Sequence record: MZ475893.1
DNA length: 64,000 bases
Strand: one strand, 5' to 3'
Shown: positions 9,593-19,446 of the stretch, piece after piece
How positions within the stretch are numbered: the first letter of the stretch is position 1
How the letters are laid out: each line of letters begins with the position of its first letter
The notes under the pieces: model-generated
Database searches by the model: none
What the model saw: only the letters and a program-made list of their open reading frames with translations
Told to the model about the DNA's origin: nothing
Position numbers and translations under genes: made by a program

Positions 9593-11269
9593 TTACAGAC
9601 TCAGACTGGTGGAGGTGCTGCCTGATGGGTTGATGTTGAAACGATAGATCAGACGCTTAGTGGTACGCGTCGGGTCAAGAACAATATCCAGAATCAGGTC
9701 GCCGTTAGCGATTGTCTGATTGGTGTTGTTCGTTTCGTCACACACAACTTGATAGCCACGAGAACCAGAGCTACCACCACGCAAGCCACGAGCCAGTTTG
9801 ATCTCTTCGAGGAACTTCTCGACCATCGCTTTAAGCTGCTCACGCAACACGTTATCGTTGGGATCAAACAGGCCAGTACGCGCTGAACGAGAACACACTT
9901 CAAGCACATAGCCAACCATACGCTGAATCTGAATCTGCTGGAATGCAGAACTCTGATTGTACAGCGTACTTGCCTCCCACACTGCAAAGCCACCGCCACT
10001 AATGTCAGGCAGTTTGCGGATGTAGTTGACCTGCTCACGGGTCAGCGCATCTCGGTCGTCCTGATCATACTTCTGAGTAAGAGCAAGAATGTTCAGTGGA
10101 CTTGATGCAGTGATACCAGCAGGTGCGAACCAGCTACCGCGATTGTTATCCGTGTACGCGAACACAGCACAGATCTGACCAACACAAGCCACCAGCAAGT
10201 AGCGACCAGTGTCTTCGTCAAAGATCTTAATATCAGGCGTATACAGTGCCATGTTTGTATCGTTCAGGTTCAGCGTCTGGCGGCGATAACGAATCGCTTT
10301 AGATACTGACTGCTCCGAAGTAGGAATACCACAGATAACAAAGCAGTTGATGTGGGCAGCAGCGGCAGCTTTCATGCCACGATGCACGATGTAGTCCTGA
10401 ATAGGGCTAAGCAGCAACGTAACACGAATCTCTTCAGGGTCACCGAAGTAATCCTGATAAGCAGCGGCTAGCTGGTCGGAGGTAACAGTATCACCGTCAG
10501 CGCCACCTTTGAAGAAGATGAAGTCTGAGCCGAAGAAACTGATATCCGTAGTGAAGTACGGGTTACGGATGAAACGATAGTTGGAGCTTTCGTTTTCCAT
10601 AACTGTATCAAGGCGGTACTGACGATCAAACTCATCAGAGTAATCGTACAGGCTTGCCTGATAGCTGTTTACAGGGTTAGACCCGTTGATGTAGTTTTCG
10701 TACTCGTCGATGTAGAACAGTTTGCTGTTATACTTCGTACGGTCGTCAAACGCAGACAGGCCTTTAGGCACGGCAGAACGAATCTGGAGCGCCATGTTAT
10801 TGTTCCAGTCACCTGGGTTTTCCAGACAGATGTAGCCGATGATGTTATCATTCAGCGGGTCAGTCGGCAGGAAGCCCAATTGAGCTGGGTCGTCAACGCC
10901 AACAACGTTACCGTCTGCGTCAGTGTATGGAGTTACACGAACAACAGGCTGCAATGCAGTTGGGTCGTCAACAGTCAGCACACCAACAGCATACTTGGCG
11001 TTCTTAGTGATACGCACATAGGTAAGCTGGTTGGTTTGCTCTGAAACAGGAAGAGCCAGATACAGGCCTAGACCGTATTTTGGATCTTTGGAACCGAAAG
11101 TGTTTTTCAACACGTCTTTACTGCGAACAGAAACACGCTGGTTAACAGGGCCACGAGAAGCCTGTCCAACGATGCCTACTACTGCTGTAGATAAAGACGT
11201 TGCACCAACGGAGAGATCCTTGACACCAGTGTAGACACCAGCAGAGGGATGCGTTGAGTTAACGGGCAT
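9593..11269 (-). CDS. Contractile tail sheath protein
   Basis: 558 aa; GVY...GIVGQASRGPVN N-terminus, WFAPAG, VNYI, FDPNDxxLRxxL, YQVVCDETNNT sheath C-terminal signature. Confidence 0.92.
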   Translation of the reverse strand: MPVNSTHPSAGVYTGVKDLSVGATSLSTAVVGIVGQASRGPVNQRVSVRSKDVLKNTFGSKDPKYGLGLYLALPVSEQTNQLTYVRITKNAKYAVGVLTVDDPTALQPVVRVTPYTDADGNVVGVDDPAQLGFLPTDPLNDNIIGYICLENPGDWNNNMALQIRSAVPKGLSAFDDRTKYNSKLFYIDEYENYINGSNPVNSYQASLYDYSDEFDRQYRLDTVMENESSNYRFIRNPYFTTDISFFGSDFIFFKGGADGDTVTSDQLAAAYQDYFGDPEEIRVTLLLSPIQDYIVHRGMKAAAAAHINCFVICGIPTSEQSVSKAIRYRRQTLNLNDTNMALYTPDIKIFDEDTGRYLLVACVGQICAVFAYTDNNRGSWFAPAGITASSPLNILALTQKYDQDDRDALTREQVNYIRKLPDISGGGFAVWEASTLYNQSSAFQQIQIQRMVGYVLEVCSRSARTGLFDPNDNVLREQLKAMVEKFLEEIKLARGLRGGSSGSRGYQVVCDETNNTNQTIANGDLILDIVLDPTRTTKRLIYRFNINPSGSTSTSLSL

Positions 11270-11295
11270 GATTTATCTCCTTTTAAGACTGGTAG

Positions 11296-11302
11296 AAATT
11301 AT
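11296..11302 (-). promoter_or_regulatory. Putative late-class promoter motif (CGATAATTTC) before sheath gene
   Basis: One of about 10 YRMTAATTTY copies upstream of virion/lysis genes; lies between a terminator and the SD. Confidence 0.5.
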
Positions 11303-11323
11303 CGTCAATTAGGAGATAAATGC

Positions 11324-11348
11324 AAAAAGGGCAGCCGAAGCCACCCTT
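11324..11348 (-). terminator. Rho-independent terminator
   Basis: AAAGGGTGGC-TTCG-GCTGCCCTTTTT. Confidence 0.8.
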
Positions 11349-11352
11349 TAGG

Positions 11353-12432
11353 TTAACATGCACAGCTTGCTTGTTCGTGATCGAATTTGACATTCAGATC
11401 AATATTCGGATAAGCAGCCACAAACTCTTCCAAACTTACGTTAAAGCCTGCGGCATTCGCATGACCATCACCGCCGTGCAAACGCGCCGTATGTTTCGCA
11501 GAACCTGACTCAGCACCAGTTTTGAAATAACCACTACGCACTGAAATATACACACGGTCTTTGTTCTCACCGCCGAGACGCGGCATGATAACTGTGTGGA
11601 AGCGATTGTGGTTTTCATAGACGTAGGCAGCGAGTTGAGAACCGATACCACGACCAGCAGGAACAACAACGTGAGGTCCGTGGCAGATCTCATTAGCTTC
11701 TGAGAAGAACGCGTGTTCATTCAAATGCTCTTGGAACTTCTGCTCACGGTTTTCAGCGCGTTGCTGGCCACGAGTAATGATCTGCTCAATGTCACCGTGG
11801 ACCAGAACATCGATAGCACGTTCAACAGTGCTTGGCGTGCTCACATACAACACACCGTGCGGTTCCACCTTCTTAAATGTTTCCGGCGCGTGACCGTCGT
11901 AGAAGAAGAACGCACGTTTGTTCTGGCGCTGCCACGTATCGTAATCAGACACCAACTGAGCCATGCGAATGACGTTGTTAGCGCTACGACCAGACAGCGA
12001 CTGGAAGCGAGAGATATGATGGAAGTAGGCTAGCAGTGCACCACTACCGCCAGCAGTGAAAGTAAGCTGTAGAGGCTGCGCACCAATGCGGCGACACTCT
12101 TCGGCATACAGTTCATGCGAACGGCAGTTGTGGTGGTCAAGCACAACAAAGTTGGCTTGATAGCGCTGCGTCAACACAGCCATCTGGCGTTCGGTCAATG
12201 AGAAGTCAACGATGATGATCTCTTTGTACAGAGCGTCAACGTCTTTGTCTGATTGTCGAACTCCTACCATGTCTTCGATAGCAGTACCATCAGCAAGAGC
12301 AATAGGTGCATTGTCTTTTGCGTAATAGGCAGGCAGGTAATGGATGTCGTCAGTCGAACGCGCTAGTGCGGTGATGGCTGCTGCGAAAGAACCATCCGCA
12401 CATCCTTGATGATAAATCACAAGTGTAGTCAT
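11353..12432 (-). CDS. DHH/DHHA1 phosphoesterase (NrnB/oligoribonuclease-like)
   Basis: YHxxCxDG, IVDFS, LDHH, DYD, GGDGHANAAG motifs. Confidence 0.85.
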   Translation of the reverse strand: MTTLVIYHQGCADGSFAAAITALARSTDDIHYLPAYYAKDNAPIALADGTAIEDMVGVRQSDKDVDALYKEIIIVDFSLTERQMAVLTQRYQANFVVLDHHNCRSHELYAEECRRIGAQPLQLTFTAGGSGALLAYFHHISRFQSLSGRSANNVIRMAQLVSDYDTWQRQNKRAFFFYDGHAPETFKKVEPHGVLYVSTPSTVERAIDVLVHGDIEQIITRGQQRAENREQKFQEHLNEHAFFSEANEICHGPHVVVPAGRGIGSQLAAYVYENHNRFHTVIMPRLGGENKDRVYISVRSGYFKTGAESGSAKHTARLHGGDGHANAAGFNVSLEEFVAAYPNIDLNVKFDHEQASCAC

Positions 12433-12435
12433 TGC

Positions 12436-13281
12436 TTATGCCCAATGAGTAAAGGAAGATTGTTCAGGCGGGTTGGTGATTTTGTTCACCATTTCCTGAA
12501 GGCCCGCAATTGTTGCGTCTAAGCCCATCTGGTACTGCTTATGTGCAGTATCAAGACCGTAACGTAATGCCACACAATACAACTGCCATTCGTCAGAGGA
12601 CTGGAGCATGGCAATCTTTTTGCGGTAAGCATCACGCTTCTGGCGAGCACGCAACAGACGCTGCATCAAATTAAGATTTGAGACAATTCCAGTCAGCTTC
12701 TCTAACAACTGCTCCAGACCTTCGAGGTCATCTACCATCAACTTGAGTTTGGCTTCAAGGAAGATAGCCTGACGCTCATGCTTCTGGTCTATGGAAAGAT
12801 TACGGCACTTATCTGGATGCGTCAGCTTAGCGATCTTGCGATAGACCTGCTTGCATTTGATTTGCAGTAAGGTCGCTTCGACTTCACCCGCATTCATACC
12901 ATCTCTGGTAGCTTCGTCGTCCTCTTCTACGACAAAGTTTTCTTCCATCTCTTTGCGCAGTTCTTCCGCAGCCAGCTTGTCTTCCAGATCATCTGATTCA
13001 TCCAGATTGATCTGGTGCGCTTCGAGGATAGCAGTCAGACGGTTTACTTCCGCGATACGATCACGGTTAAACTCGTTCAGCTTGTTGATGCAGTTCGTGC
13101 AGCGGTCGCGGTCGGCAGTGAAGCGAAGTTCAAGAGCATCGGCTTCGGCCTTGACGTCTTCGAGAGTTTCGTCAGCTTCTGCCTGTTCGAATGCCTGTTG
13201 ATCTTCGTACTCTGCCAGCTCAGTAGAACCGTGAACAATCAGGCCGTGTTCAGCCACAACAACCAGTTCAGTTCCTGTCAT
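12436..13281 (-). CDS. J-domain (DnaJ-like) coiled-coil protein
   Basis: VYRKIAKLTHPDK J-domain helix II-HPD; start reassigned to 13281 (ATGA overlap with upstream ORF). Confidence 0.75.
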   Translation of the reverse strand: MTGTELVVVAEHGLIVHGSTELAEYEDQQAFEQAEADETLEDVKAEADALELRFTADRDRCTNCINKLNEFNRDRIAEVNRLTAILEAHQINLDESDDLEDKLAAEELRKEMEENFVVEEDDEATRDGMNAGEVEATLLQIKCKQVYRKIAKLTHPDKCRNLSIDQKHERQAIFLEAKLKLMVDDLEGLEQLLEKLTGIVSNLNLMQRLLRARQKRDAYRKKIAMLQSSDEWQLYCVALRYGLDTAHKQYQMGLDATIAGLQEMVNKITNPPEQSSFTHWA

Positions 13282-13472
13282 GGGCGAGTAAGCTCCGAGA
13301 TAGGTTTGGCTAAGAGTTCTGTAATGCGTGCCGGGCACTCAGGGTTGCGCTTTAAGTTCTTGTGCAACCACTGCAAGTTACCGCCTGACGCAGATACTTC
13401 GCTACGGAACGCAGGAAGTTTCAGTACAGCGCCGTGCTTGTTCAGCAACGCATTCAGTTCTTTCAGTAACAT
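13278..13472 (-). CDS. Hypothetical protein (64 aa)
   Basis: SD AGGA; stop overlaps next start (ATGA). Confidence 0.6.
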   Translation of the reverse strand: MLLKELNALLNKHGAVLKLPAFRSEVSASGGNLQWLHKNLKRNPECPARITELLAKPISELTRP

Positions 13473-13481
13473 CGTTTATCC

Positions 13482-14114
13482 TTAAAGAGATGAGGTCATT
13501 AAATCGAGAAGGTTTGAGACTACATGAGCAGGTCCGATTGAGATACCCGCTTGCACAGGCAGATGAACACGACGAGTAAACAACTCCATCGGGTCAGGGC
13601 CACCACCAGTTACTACGATACGAGGTATCTTTGGAAACATCTCAAGGATATCACGCAGTCTTTCAATCTTATAGCTGGTGCTGTCTATCGTCACGTTCGA
13701 TATGATCAGCATTGACGGTCGCTTGCTTTTGAGTTGTTCATAGTCGAAGCGATCACCATACAGCGTAACCCAACGCGGCTTCAAGGCTGTTGTCTCTGAA
13801 TCTTCAACAGCCGCATGGAAGATAGATAACGCTGCCATCTTCGCACGGTAGTCTGACGGGAAGCTACTGATAACCGTGATGCGTGGGTCAAGGCCAAACG
13901 GACTTTCAATCATCTTTGCAAGATGCGTCATCTGCTTGGTCTTTGAAAAAATCTTGCCTTTAAAATAAGGCGACATTGGCTTAAAGTCTTGCGAGGCTTC
14001 GACCACATCGAATGTCTCACGTTTGCCGAAAAGAAGCTGAGGGTCAACTCCCAGCGTCTGCATCTGCTTTGCTACTGCGGGTTCAAAGTCAAAAGTTAAC
14101 ACAATACCCTCCAT
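13482..14114 (-). CDS. Hypothetical protein, possibly a degenerate DnaC/IstB-like ATPase fold
   Basis: Start reassigned to MEGIV; MLIISNV (Walker B-like) and PRIVVT pattern; no intact Walker A. Confidence 0.45.
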   Translation of the reverse strand: MEGIVLTFDFEPAVAKQMQTLGVDPQLLFGKRETFDVVEASQDFKPMSPYFKGKIFSKTKQMTHLAKMIESPFGLDPRITVISSFPSDYRAKMAALSIFHAAVEDSETTALKPRWVTLYGDRFDYEQLKSKRPSMLIISNVTIDSTSYKIERLRDILEMFPKIPRIVVTGGGPDPMELFTRRVHLPVQAGISIGPAHVVSNLLDLMTSSL

Positions 14115-14130
14115 TGTTCTTATCGGGTAT

Positions 14131-14487
14131 TTACAGTTTCTGCGGCACACGCTGCCACACGGCGAACTTAACATTCAAGGCGCATTCTTCGAGTTCGGCC
14201 TCACGTCTAGGCTCATACTTAGGTGCATACTGTTGAAGGTGCTCAGGACGCTCTACGGCTGCAAGACTGAATACACGTATTGGGTTCGTCACCTGAGAGT
14301 ACGAATAGTCTTCAATGATAACAAGATTTTCGATTCGGAGAACACCAGGAACTTCAAACACTTCAGGCAAGGTGCAGGGTTCGATTACTGTCCCCATAAC
14401 CTTTTCTTGGTAGTCAACAAGTGCCTTAATTAAAGCGCGACCAACACTAGTAGACAGTGTAAGATTATACTCTGTACGGAATTCCAT
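14131..14487 (-). CDS. Hypothetical protein
   Basis: 118 aa, GAGGAG SD, operon packing. Confidence 0.7.
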   Translation of the reverse strand: MEFRTEYNLTLSTSVGRALIKALVDYQEKVMGTVIEPCTLPEVFEVPGVLRIENLVIIEDYSYSQVTNPIRVFSLAAVERPEHLQQYAPKYEPRREAELEECALNVKFAVWQRVPQKL

Positions 14488-14503
14488 GGTGTTCTCCTCA
14501 GTA

Positions 14504-14884
14504 TTACATCAGCGCCAGAGTCGGGTCGACGTAGGTGTATTGAAACACTACGTTCCAGCCCGATGGCGTGTTTCTGTTTGGGTGATAGCGATAGCCATAC
14601 ACCATGATAATGCCCTTCACTTTGTCTGGGTCTTCGAGAGTAGGATTGTACTCAACGTAAGACGGTTCCAGTTTGAGTGCGTCAGCGATATTGATTGCCC
14701 AGTCGTCTAAGTCGTAAGGACTATCAGGCACTGGCCATGAATACGAATACTTAGGCCAGTGCTCAGCCTGCATATCAGTATCTTTTGAAATCCAATCCAG
14801 ATGGCGGTAACCCATACGAAGGGCGACAGCATGAATCAGGCCTCGGTTGTTCATGTAGCTTTGAAGCTGCTTGACAGTAAGCAT
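14504..14884 (-). CDS. Hypothetical protein
   Basis: 126 aa, GGAG SD. Confidence 0.7.
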   Translation of the reverse strand: MLTVKQLQSYMNNRGLIHAVALRMGYRHLDWISKDTDMQAEHWPKYSYSWPVPDSPYDLDDWAINIADALKLEPSYVEYNPTLEDPDKVKGIIMVYGYRYHPNRNTPSGWNVVFQYTYVDPTLALM

Positions 14885-14902
14885 GGAAGTTCTCCATCAG
14901 GT

Positions 14903-14931
14903 AAAAGACAACAGGCACCGAAGTGCCCGTC
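14903..14931 (-). terminator. Rho-independent terminator
   Basis: GACGGGCAC-TTCG-GTGCCTGTTGTC then TTTT. Confidence 0.6.
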
Positions 14932-14955
14932 AGAATCTCAGCGAGATGGCTTAAA

Positions 14956-15426
14956 TTACTTACTAAGTCCGCGCAGCAGGATAGTTGCTGTTTTAACGAA
15001 TTGCTTGCGCTTATCGTCAGGCAGTTTGGCATACTCACGCAGCAGGTCCTGCACTTCTTTTTCGTTCCCGACGTAACTATCAACACCACGATCACCTTCG
15101 ATACCGTCAATGCCTTTCAGCACATTGGTCTTAGTGACACGCATCTTGAAGGTAGCGCGAACGACTTCACAGGCACGCGTTCTATCATTGACGGTGCTGA
15201 TAGTGGAAATGTCGTAGATCGACTGAACAGAAAAGCCTTCAGGGTAAGCAGCGAACACTTCTGCCAGATCGATATGTGCCATGTTATCAGGAGCTGGGAT
15301 TTTAGCTTCCATACTAACAGTGAACGTCTCGCCGTCTTCGGTGCTGTTGTTACCATCAAAGGCGATTTTACCATCCTGTCGCATCGTGTATGCAATCAGT
15401 TGATACAGTGGATCAACTAAACTCAT
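14956..15426 (-). CDS. Hypothetical protein
   Basis: 156 aa, TGATG coupling to helicase. Confidence 0.7.
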   Translation of the reverse strand: MSLVDPLYQLIAYTMRQDGKIAFDGNNSTEDGETFTVSMEAKIPAPDNMAHIDLAEVFAAYPEGFSVQSIYDISTISTVNDRTRACEVVRATFKMRVTKTNVLKGIDGIEGDRGVDSYVGNEKEVQDLLREYAKLPDDKRKQFVKTATILLRGLSK

Positions 15427-17027
15427 CAGAATCTCCTCATGCCCAAGTTGGACGGCTGTCCTTTAACAGGGGCTTCTGGTTCAAAGAAGTCAGGCAGTTC
15501 AGCATCGAGCGCTTCTCCTCTCGATATGACTCCCATCCAGTTACGCAGTTTCTTCGGCGTGCGCTTGGCTTTCGCATAACCAAACTTCCAACAGAACTTC
15601 AACACACCTCGCGCGAAGCCCATCGACTTCTCCATCTTAGGATCGATGAAGACACGAATCACAGGCGTGCGCTTGTTATCCATCGGCGTAAGAATACGAC
15701 ACGACTCCTGCTTCCAGTTCGGTTCGTTGTTCATCGGCATGATGTAATACAACGTATCCCAACGAGGAACGTTCAGACCACGCTGCATCAGCTTACGCAT
15801 ACCTACCACACAACGAATCTTACCAGCACGCGCATCATCGATAATCGGCTTACGGCGTTTCGCTTCTTTAGCTCCGCCTAAGAACACAGCCGCCACTTCT
15901 TCCATGTAGTGTTCGTTGATACGCTGCACAAGCCGTCGTGCCTGATCGGTAAAGTTGATTGGGATTGCAAGTGAGCGACCGGCATCAAGATCTCGAATAA
16001 TCCACTCAAAGATCTTATCGTTACGATCAGGGTGGTTGGCAAGGAACTTACAGAAGTTCGTCCAACCTGCTTTGCCTGTGAACTTGTTGTTGCTCTGCAC
16101 CTTCTTCGACGTTTTATGAATCGTCACTTTAGGTACAAGCTCCTCAACAAACGCTTCTGCAATCACAGGACCGAAGATTGATTCAATCAGATAGTGACGA
16201 CCGTCTTTACGCTTCGGCGTTGCTGTCAAACCAAATCGATACTTCATTTTAAGAGACGCCAGCACACGGCTGTAACAGCTTGCGTTACCAGCATGGCACT
16301 CATCGACAAACAACGTACCGTAGTTCTCGTTCAACAACTTGAGTCGCTTCTTCGAGTTCTTACTGTCGCTAATCAATGACTGATAGGTCACCAGAATGAT
16401 CTGGAAGTTCTTATAGTCATCGAGTGTCTTTGGAAAGCCATACAACTTCTTGCCGTACTTTTCTTCAAGCTCAGGCAAGTTCGTCATCTGCTGGATAGTC
16501 TCTAAGAAACCATCAAGGAAGTCTTTCTGGTCAGCCATGATAACTGTACGGAAACCCGAATGACATGCACCCGCAGTACCGATAACAGTCTTACCAGAAC
16601 GTGGCGGCGCTTTGAAAACACCACACAGTTCATCGAACATATCCGCGAACGGTTGCTCTTGGTACTCACGCAGCTTGCCTGTGAACTTCACTTTATAATC
16701 GTACGGCACACGACTCGTACCGTTAACGAACTTCACCTCGCTCAGACTAAGACCAGCAGTCTTTTCGAAGCGGTGCATCTCACCGTACGGGATCGAAACG
16801 TAGCGCTTACCCTTAATCTCAGAGTATTTGGCAAGGACGGTAATATCAATCAAGCCACCTCGAGAACACGAACGGCATTCTTCTGATGGTCTGATTGAAC
16901 GAAACTCACAGCCCTTACACGCAGCATTATCGAACTCGTAGTGAGTCATCTTCTTTATGATGTTATCGGCATCAACAGCCTTAACAGGAATGTGCAGACG
17001 ACTATCGACCAGTACTTTTGCGGTCAC
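15426..17027 (-). CDS. SF2 DNA helicase (UvsW-like)
   Basis: APPRSGKT (I), VDECH (II), LTAT (III), GLNVP (V), QxxxRxL (VI); N-terminal CxxC..CxxC. Confidence 0.88.
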   Translation of the reverse strand: MTAKVLVDSRLHIPVKAVDADNIIKKMTHYEFDNAACKGCEFRSIRPSEECRSCSRGGLIDITVLAKYSEIKGKRYVSIPYGEMHRFEKTAGLSLSEVKFVNGTSRVPYDYKVKFTGKLREYQEQPFADMFDELCGVFKAPPRSGKTVIGTAGACHSGFRTVIMADQKDFLDGFLETIQQMTNLPELEEKYGKKLYGFPKTLDDYKNFQIILVTYQSLISDSKNSKKRLKLLNENYGTLFVDECHAGNASCYSRVLASLKMKYRFGLTATPKRKDGRHYLIESIFGPVIAEAFVEELVPKVTIHKTSKKVQSNNKFTGKAGWTNFCKFLANHPDRNDKIFEWIIRDLDAGRSLAIPINFTDQARRLVQRINEHYMEEVAAVFLGGAKEAKRRKPIIDDARAGKIRCVVGMRKLMQRGLNVPRWDTLYYIMPMNNEPNWKQESCRILTPMDNKRTPVIRVFIDPKMEKSMGFARGVLKFCWKFGYAKAKRTPKKLRNWMGVISRGEALDAELPDFFEPEAPVKGQPSNLGMRRF

Positions 17028-17029
17028 AT

Positions 17030-17578
17030 CTATTTCCTTGAGTTCGGTAGACCGTACTCACGCTGATTGATGATGTTCAGAGTATCGACAAGCGCACGAT
17101 AAGCAAACCCACACTTGTCAATGTCCTTGATATATAGGTCAAGCTCTGCGACCACCGTTTCGAGATTATCAGCGTAGCGGTAATATTCCACCATTACGTT
17201 TCTGACACAGCGCTCACGTTCTTTCGCAGCACCTACGGCTTTCAAGTCTTTGGCATACGTAACCGAAGCATAATCTTGAAAACGTTCCAGCATATCATTT
17301 AACAGTTTTGAGGCTGAATGAATGGTGGTTAGTATCTCGGTCATGCGGCTACGATAAGCCTGGTCTTGAATTATCGACTCAGCCACTTTGCTTAGCGCGT
17401 TAGTATCAGAGATATTCAACGTTCTGATCTTACGCATCTTAAACAGTTTGCGAGCTTCTTCTTGGTACTCAGCCAGAGGCAACTGGAACAAGTCGTTGGT
17501 TTTGAAAATGTCGCGGACTTTTTTGTAGCGCTTATCGTCCTTAATCTTTAGGCGAATGCGTTTTAGATCGTCCATCAA
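17030..17578 (-). CDS. Putative UvsY-like recombination mediator
   Basis: 182 aa helical; C-terminal IKDIDKCGFAYRALVD resembles the T4 UvsY C-terminal GFA motif; adjacent to the UvsW-like gene. Confidence 0.45.
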   Translation of the reverse strand: MMDDLKRIRLKIKDDKRYKKVRDIFKTNDLFQLPLAEYQEEARKLFKMRKIRTLNISDTNALSKVAESIIQDQAYRSRMTEILTTIHSASKLLNDMLERFQDYASVTYAKDLKAVGAAKERERCVRNVMVEYYRYADNLETVVAELDLYIKDIDKCGFAYRALVDTLNIINQREYGLPNSRK

Positions 17579-18009
17579 TCACCTTTATCAGTAACGAGCA
17601 GCGGACTTTCAGGCGTCTTGTGCGGCATAGCAAAGAAGCTGCCGTGATCATCACGATACACCAGCAAGCCACCAGACGGACCCTCAGTCGGGCATGTGAA
17701 GTTAAACAAACGTTCGAGCGGAGGCATGTAGCCTACAGACACAGCATTGAACGTACACCACTTGGCAGATACTTCAATCAGTGAACCGACAACTGTTTCA
17801 GCGAGACGCAGATACGATTGACGGAAGTGATAGCTGTGCTCGATTGGAGACGCGCTATCAATCACTAACTCATTGCCGTACACTGCTTTATAAATCAGGC
17901 AGAAGCGACGGCGACCACGAGGTGCATTCGGTATTTCATACAGCACATCATGTATGATGGAAGAAACGTCCCCAACGAGAACGTTTCTTTTGACAGCAAG
18001 GCTGATCAT
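17575..18009 (-). CDS. Hypothetical protein
   Basis: 144 aa, overlapping start/stop with both neighbours. Confidence 0.7.
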   Translation of the reverse strand: MISLAVKRNVLVGDVSSIIHDVLYEIPNAPRGRRRFCLIYKAVYGNELVIDSASPIEHSYHFRQSYLRLAETVVGSLIEVSAKWCTFNAVSVGYMPPLERLFNFTCPTEGPSGGLLVYRDDHGSFFAMPHKTPESPLLVTDKGD

Positions 18010-19184
18010 TGAGGCAGATAACCGAAGTACAACAGGCTGTGCGTGTCGAACTTGTAGTTAAGGCTGAACGCCGTTAACTTGTTGATGTTCGCACCGTGGA
18101 AACCCATCGAATGTTTTTCTTCACGCCCGATAGACTTCAACAGCTCACGCATGATACGCAGATCGAGATGTGCGCTCAGTTCACGCTCAACAGGCTTGGC
18201 CAGTGACATACTGTCCTGCACGTTACCTGCGTCAGTACCAAACTTGAACTTGATCTCTTTCTTCTTCAAGATGATCTTCGCACTGGTGTTGCCCTTCTTC
18301 TCAATCAACGTCGAGATGTTGGTGAACGGCGCAGACAGATCGCCTTTGACAACAACGCCAATCAACGGTTTGCCGAGTTGCACCAGCATGTTATCCATGT
18401 AACGGTAATCTTCATCACTTGCCTGAATCGGAGGCAGCGTCAAAACGAATGAATCAGATTCAGCAGCAAACGAACTACTGTCAACGTGGAACGTTACCTT
18501 CTCTTCACCGCAGAAGCGATAAACGAGGTCGAACATCGCACCTGTCAGACTGAAACGGAACGGTTCTGCTTTCTTTTTCAGATCGCAGGTATAACGAGAA
18601 GACGTCCAGTGACCAGGACTTTGAATCTTCATCGATTTACCATCACACACAACACGACAGATAACGGTCTGGTTAGTGATCGTATCTTTCATGCTAGTCA
18701 GACGCACACCCTGAGTCATTGCGTCGATTACTTCACGCGACATAGGATGACCGCCGGAGATGTGGTGCTTGAGACCCTGCTCAACCATCGGGATCTGTTC
18801 GTCAGACAGCGGACGGATTTTGAAATCAGCTTTGTACTTACCGTTCTGCTCTGCGATAGCAACTTGCTTACCATCAAACGTCAGGATCAATTCTTTACGC
18901 TTGGTAATCAGACCGTTCAGACTATTCGGGTCGATGTTGAACACCGTATCAGTGTCAGCAGTTGCGCCAGGTACCTGATAAGCAACGAACGTATCAGGCG
19001 TGCGGCCCAGAACGAAAACATCCGACTTGTAGGTTACAATCAGATGGATGTGCGTCAGCTTATCATCTGATTCAGAGAAACGAGTAACGCTATCAACACG
19101 CTTTAAAATGTCAGACAACAACGTGCCTGTAAGCGTAATGTTGCAGGACTTTGATGGTTTTTTAGGAAGTCGGCAGGTCTTCAT
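18006..19184 (-). CDS. Putative DNA sliding clamp (Pol III beta-like)
   Basis: 392 aa alternating beta/alpha pattern of clamp size; next to DNA polymerase; DnaX-like loader in the same window. Confidence 0.55.
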   Translation of the reverse strand: MKTCRLPKKPSKSCNITLTGTLLSDILKRVDSVTRFSESDDKLTHIHLIVTYKSDVFVLGRTPDTFVAYQVPGATADTDTVFNIDPNSLNGLITKRKELILTFDGKQVAIAEQNGKYKADFKIRPLSDEQIPMVEQGLKHHISGGHPMSREVIDAMTQGVRLTSMKDTITNQTVICRVVCDGKSMKIQSPGHWTSSRYTCDLKKKAEPFRFSLTGAMFDLVYRFCGEEKVTFHVDSSSFAAESDSFVLTLPPIQASDEDYRYMDNMLVQLGKPLIGVVVKGDLSAPFTNISTLIEKKGNTSAKIILKKKEIKFKFGTDAGNVQDSMSLAKPVERELSAHLDLRIMRELLKSIGREEKHSMGFHGANINKLTAFSLNYKFDTHSLLYFGYLPQ

Positions 19185-19446
19185 TTTTGTCCTCTAAAAC
19201 AAATTGGAGAATACCCTCAATGTTTACAGCTTTCAGTTGCTGTCCTGTCTGCATTAACAGGCCATTGAGCACGCCGAGTAAATCAGCGCTGTGGCAATTG
19301 GGTGCAATCTGATGAACGAAAATATCGTCAGGGATATCACCAGGATTAAGCTGCCAAGCAGTACGCAAGGCAGCTCCCATGAATGACGGTCGTTCTACCA
19401 GTTGCTTGTTCAGAAACGAACAAACATCTTCGGCGCTCAACATCAT
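19162..19446 (-). CDS. Hypothetical protein
   Basis: 94 aa, coupled to polymerase stop. Confidence 0.65.
   Translation of the reverse strand: MMLSAEDVCSFLNKQLVERPSFMGAALRTAWQLNPGDIPDDIFVHQIAPNCHSADLLGVLNGLLMQTGQQLKAVNIEGILQFVLEDKNEDLPTS

Noticed and set aside
14953-14958. TAATTT at some gene ends as a promoter
   Set aside because: Here it is just a TAA stop plus TTT without the YRM prefix, and it is followed by a terminator
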